Positions 61,701 to 64,000 of a DNA stretch of 64,000 nt are shown in pieces. The notes under the pieces are model-generated. The model worked only from the letters and a program-made list of their open reading frames with translations, made no database searches and was not told the origin of the DNA. Source of the DNA: the human T2T-CHM13v2.0 reference genome, Homo sapiens; contig CP068257.2 of NCBI GenBank assembly GCA_009914755.4, forward strand, positions 1,536,001-1,600,000. Direction: 5' to 3'. Within the stretch, counting starts at the first letter, position 1. Every line of letters begins with the position of its first letter. Position numbers and translations under genes: made by a program.

Positions 61701-64000
61701 ATATACTGTACATTAAATATCAATGTACCCCAAATATATATTTTATACTCGACATGAAATACCAAAGTTCACAAACCATATAATATATACTGTACATTAA
61801 ATATCAAAGTACGCAAGGTATATATTCTATACTGTACAAAAAATATCAAAGTACCCAAAGCATGTATTATATACTGTACATAAAATATGAAAGTACATCA
61901 AATATATATTTTATTCTGTACATAAAATATCAAAGTACACCAGATATATATTCTATAGTGTACATAAAATATCAAAGTACCCAAACTATACATTATATAC
62001 TGTACATAAAATATGAAATTACATCAAATATATATTATATTAGGTACATAAAATATGAAAGTACATCAAATATAGATTATATACTGTACATTAAATACCA
62101 AAGTACCCCAAATATATATTTTATACTGTACATGAAATATCAAAGTTCACAAACTATATATTATATACTGTACATAAAATATCAAAGTACCCAAGGTATA
62201 TATTCTATACTGTACAAAAAATATCAAAGTACCCAAAGCGTGTATTATATACTGTATATAAAATATGAAATTACATCAAATATATATTTTATTCTGTACA
62301 TACAATATCAAAGTACACCAGATATATATTCTATAGTGTACATAAAATATCAAAGTACCCAAACTATACATTATATACTGTACATAAAATATGAAAGTAC
62401 ATCAAATATATATTATATTAGGTACATAAAATATGAAAGTACATCAAATATAGATTATATACTGTACATTAAATACCAAAGTACCCCAAATATACATTTT
62501 ATACTGTACATGAAATATCAAAGTTCACAAACTATATATTATATACTGTACATAAAATATCAAAGTACCTAAGGTATATATTCTATACTGTACAAAAAAT
62601 ATCAAAGTACCCAAAGCACGTATTATATACTGTACCTAAAATATGAAAGTACATCAAATATATATTTTATTCAGTACATAAAATATCAAAGTACACCAGA
62701 TATATATTCTATAGTGTACATAAAATATCAAAGTACCCAAACTATACATTATATACTGTACATAAAATATGAAATTACATCAAATATATATTATATTAGG
62801 TACATAAAATATGAAAGTACATCAAATATAGATTATACACTGTACATAAAATATGAAAGTACCCCAAATATATATTATATACTCTACATGAAATATCAAA
62901 GTTCACAAACTATATATTATATACTGTACATAAAATAAAGTCCCCAAGGTATATATTCTATACTGTAGAAAAAATATCAAAGTACCCAAAGCATGTATTA
63001 TATACTGTATATAAAATATGAAAGTACATCAAATATATATTTTATTCTGTACATAATATATCAAAGTAGACCAGATATATATTCTATAGTGTACATAAAA
63101 TAACAAAGTACAAAAACTATAAATTATATACTGTACATAAAATATGAAATTACATCAAATATATATTAGGTACATAAAATATGAAAGTACATCAAATATA
63201 GATTATATACTGTACATAAAATTTCAATGTACCCCAAATATATATTTTATACTCTACATGAAATATCAAAGTTCACAAACCATATATTATATACTGTACA
63301 TAAAATATCAAAGTTCCCAAGGTATATATTCTATACTATACAAAAAATATCAAAGTACCCAAAGCATGTATTATATACTGTACCTAAAATATGAAAGTAC
63401 ATCAAATATATATTTTATTCTGTACATAAAATATCAAAGTACACCAGATATATATTCTATAGTGTACATAAAATATCAAAGTACCCAAACTATACATTAT
63501 ATACTGTACATAAAATATGAAATTACATCAAATATATTTTATATTAGGTACATGAAATATGAAAGTACATCAAATATAGATTATATACTGTACATTAAAT
63601 ACCAAAGTACCCCAAATATATATTTTATACTGTACATGTAATATCAAAGTTCACAAACTATATATTATATACTGTACATATAATATCAAAGTACCCAAGG
63701 TATATATTCTATACTGTACAAAAAATAACAAAGTACCAAAAGCATGTATAATATACTGTACATAAAATATGAAAGTACATCAAATATATATTTTATTCTG
63801 TACATAAAATATCAAAGTACACCAGATATATATTCTATAATGTACATAAAATATCAAAGTACCCAAACTATACATTATATACTGTACATAAAATATGAAA
63901 TTACATCAAATATATATTATATAAGGTACATAAAATATGAAAGTACAGCAAATATAGATTATATACTGTACATTATATACCAAAGAACCCCAAATATATA

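Larger units (their letters stand above)
1..64000. repeat. Continuous AT-rich tandem satellite array with a 42-bp monomer and nested higher-order repeats. It runs off both window edges with no unique-sequence interruption detected.
   Basis: Direct reading: the same 42-bp unit (TGTACATAAAAT...TATATAC) recurs head-to-tail throughout. All ORF-track peptides are 14-aa-periodic variants of YIKYQSTQTIHYIL. The sequence at position 1 and at position 64000 is still repeat. Confidence 0.97.
27400..64000. repeat. Long, more homogeneous S-type domain dominated by the 373-bp HOR, interspersed with 378-bp HORs. It has 1129-bp (3-HOR) and multi-kb super-periodicities.
   Basis: MKLHQIYIRYIKYEST frame-shift ORF starts recur at 28115, 30363, 30736, 31486, 32615, 34105, 36352, 38363, 39492, 39865, 42875, 43248, 46261, 46634, 49267, 50015, 51144, 55286, 56793, 59385 and 63144. 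The spacings are multiples of about 373-376 bp. There are no - strand 65-aa ORFs of the NLQNIYYIM type beyond 26.9 kb. Confidence 0.65.

Noticed and set aside
1-64000. CRISPR array.
   Set aside because: The repeats are directly abutting with no unique spacers. Variation between units follows a higher-order (9-unit) pattern, not a repeat-spacer alternation. There is no leader or cas context, and the scale and composition are eukaryotic satellite-like.
1-64000. Transposable element, or a mobile-element insertion interrupting the array.
   Set aside because: No terminal inverted or long terminal repeats, no target-site duplications, no transposase or RT-like ORFs, and no stretch I could find that departs from the monomer consensus. 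The multi-kb duplicated blocks are made of the same satellite and are better explained by unequal exchange or gene conversion.
1-64000. rRNA/tRNA/other structured ncRNA genes.
   Set aside because: No GC-rich or conserved-RNA-like segments; everything is the 76% AT repeat. Satellite transcription is possible in principle, but nothing in the sequence supports a specific RNA gene call.

Overview
The whole 64-kb window is a single uninterrupted, AT-rich tandem satellite array, with about 76% A+T by my count of the consensus monomer. It is built from a 42-bp monomer, consensus roughly TGTACATAAAATATCAAAGTACCCAAACTATAyATTATATAC. Monomers are organised into 9-monomer higher-order repeats (HORs) of 378 bp, or 373 bp where one monomer is a 37-bp deletion variant. 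These HORs are nested into larger periodicities that I read off repeated peptide and sequence landmarks: 420 bp, 588 bp, 1047 bp, 1129 bp, about 1344 bp and about 3383-3386 bp. There are also multi-kb near-identical segmental duplications at offsets of 6067 bp, 6354 bp and 23154/23280/19717 bp. I see no credible protein-coding gene, RNA gene, transposon, CRISPR array or prokaryote-style multi-gene system. Every ORF in the supplied track is the same Tyr/Ile/Lys-rich translation of the repeat. It stays open only because 42 bp equals 14 codons and the ancestral monomer lacks stop codons in one frame. The ORF caller is also using GTG starts; for example, position 122 is GTG, not ATG. The sequence looks like eukaryotic heterochromatic, (peri)centromere-like satellite DNA of the kind resolved in long-read assemblies. 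I do not recognise the family and will not assign a taxon. What merits a second look is the architecture of the array. There are distinct monomer-subfamily domains with sharp junctions at about 11.1, 16.9 and 27.4 kb. There are very recent duplications at up to about 100% identity. A conserved 14-bp head box containing the palindrome TGTACA begins every monomer. The strands are strongly asymmetric: the + strand is about 48% A and only about 5% G, and CpG is absent from the consensus.
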